Shown: positions 26,281 to 27,222 of the stretch, piece after piece
How positions within the stretch are numbered: position 1 is the stretch's first letter
Layout: each line of letters begins with the position of its first letter
Origin: Deltaproteobacteria bacterium YD0425bin51
Lineage (GTDB): Bacteria; Desulfobacterota; Desulfobacteria; Desulfobacterales; YD0425bin51
Assembly (NCBI GenBank): GCA_002753225.1
Contig: PDZS01000015.1
Coordinates: forward strand, 1 to 27,222
Length of the DNA stretch: 27,222 nucleotides
Reading direction: 5' to 3'
Position numbers and translations under genes: made by a program
Notes under the pieces: generated by a model
What the model was told of the DNA's origin: nothing
Database searches by the model: none
The model's input: only the letters and a program-made list of their open reading frames with translations

Positions 26281-27222
26281 TATCTTCAGGATCAGATAAA
26301 TCAGTGGGAGCTGGCAGTTTTTTTACTTGTTGTTTAACTTTATGTTCTATAATTAAGTTTTGAGCTGCTTTTTTAGGAGTATAATCTTTTTTAAATTCTT
26401 TTGATTTCTTTACTTCTTTTACTTCTTCTATTTTAACTGTTTTTGCTTTTTTTACTTCTTTTACTTCTTTTAATTTAAATTTAGAAAGTAAAGTTTTTAC
26501 ATTATTAGCGTGTGATGAAAACTGTTGAGCTGTTGCAGAAGTAGCTTCAGCATTTGCAGTATTTTGATTTGTTATACTGTCTATTTGGCTTATACCTTGG
26601 TTGATTTGTCCTATTCCAAGAGCCTGTTCATTGCTTGCTGAAGCTATTTCGGTCATTATAGTTGCAACTTTTTTAATGTCTTCATTAATTTCATCTAATG
26701 CTCTTCCTGTATCTCCAGCAATAGCTGCTCCTTTTTCTATTTTTTGAATAGCATTTTCTATAAGATTAGCTGTTTCTTGCGCTGCTTTACCAGATCTTGA
26801 AGCAAGATTCCTGACTTCCTGGGCTACTACTGAAAATCCTTTTCCATGTTTTCCTGCCCTTGCTGCTTCAATTGCTGCATTTAAAGATAAAAGATTTGTC
26901 TGGAAAGCTATTTCATCAATAGCTTTCATGATTTTGCTGATTTCTTTACTTGATTCACTTATCTCACCCATGGCAGAAATCATTTCTTTTACCTGAACAA
27001 CGCCATTTTGAGCAGCGTTACATGCACTAGCTGATAGTTTGTTTGCTTCAGAAGCATTGTCAGCATTTGTTTTTGTTTGTGAGGCTAATTCTGTCATAGA
27101 ACTGCTTATTTCTTCAATAGAAGCAGCTTGAGTCGAAGCTCCTTGAGATAGTGAATTGCTAGAATTTGAAAGGTGGGAAGCTCCTGATGCTACTTGATCC
27201 ATCGACATATAAACTTCGCTGA
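26243..27222 (-). CDS. Methyl-accepting chemotaxis protein, C-terminal portion (N-terminal sensing part lies beyond the window end)
   Basis: The MCP signalling-domain core [41 protein letters not shown]. The frame remains open upstream of the first Met to the window edge. The C-terminal K/E/V-rich repeat tail is [28 protein letters not shown]. The gene overlaps the kinase gene 3' end convergently by 38 nt. Confidence 0.75.
   Translation of the reverse strand, partial: SEVYMSMDQVASGASHLSNSSNSLSQGASTQAASIEEISSSMTELASQTKTNADNASEANKLSASACNAAQNGVVQVKEMISAMGEISESSKEISKIMKAIDEIAFQTNLLSLNAAIEAARAGKHGKGFSVVAQEVRNLASRSGKAAQETANLIENAIQKIEKGAAIAGDTGRALDEINEDIKKVATIMTEIASASNEQALGIGQINQGISQIDSITNQNTANAEATSATAQQFSSHANNVKTLLSKFKLKEVKEVKKAKTVKIEEVKEVKKSKEFKKDYTPKKAAQNLIIEHKVKQQVKKLPAPTDLSDPEDIIPLDDNEFGKY
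26405..26475. repeat. Tandem short repeats (unit ~TACTTCTTTT) encoding the KEVKEVKK tail of the MCP
   Basis: ttctttacttcttttacttcttctattttaactgtttttgctttttttacttcttttacttcttttaa. The repeats can be seen directly in the sequence. Confidence 0.6.

Overview
This 27.2-kb window is AT-rich (roughly 25-30% GC over most of its length) and gene-dense. The content suggests a Deltaproteobacteria/Desulfobacterota-like genome, with low confidence: RpoH, HD-GYP and chemotaxis-like signalling genes are present. Bases 1-16783 hold a nearly gapless co-directional gene string on the minus strand, with many overlapping starts and stops. Its genes are: a partial N-terminus of a type I restriction R-subunit-like gene; a secreted caspase(C14)-2xDUF1566 protein; a PAS hybrid histidine kinase with two receivers; a CheC-like phosphatase; a CheY-like regulator; a Spy/CpxP-like periplasmic protein; a GAF-HD-GYP phosphodiesterase; an AmiC-type amidase; MutS; a LapA-like membrane protein; a HIT hydrolase; a UPF0280-like protein; a RimK-like ATP-grasp ligase; a lipoprotein; and a TPR lipoprotein. 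Further along come rpoH (RpoH box present, minus strand), a divergent tRNA-Arg(TCT) with its own terminator, and a ~480-nt AT-rich spacer containing an orphan long GC hairpin. A plus-strand five-gene operon then runs from 18425 to 26280. Its first three genes are visibly GC-enriched (about 40-45%) against the AT-rich flanks, consistent with horizontal acquisition next to the tRNA. This operon encodes (1) an unusual single polypeptide fusing an N-terminal RimK-type ATP-grasp ligase to a C-terminal GH3-family adenylating acyl-acid amido synthetase, (2) a protein fusing an RsbW/SpoIIAB-like HATPase domain to GNAT-like acyltransferase domain(s), (3) an MFS (EntS/MFS_3-like) exporter, (4) an OmpR-family response regulator and (5) a sensor histidine kinase with a large periplasmic domain, which starts at TTG two codons after the regulator stop in the same frame. 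I flag this operon as the best candidate for an undescribed amide-conjugate (acyl-amino acid or oligo-glutamyl) biosynthesis, export and sensing system. The window ends with a convergent, partial methyl-accepting chemotaxis protein gene. No CRISPR array, IS element, integrase or rRNA was seen.
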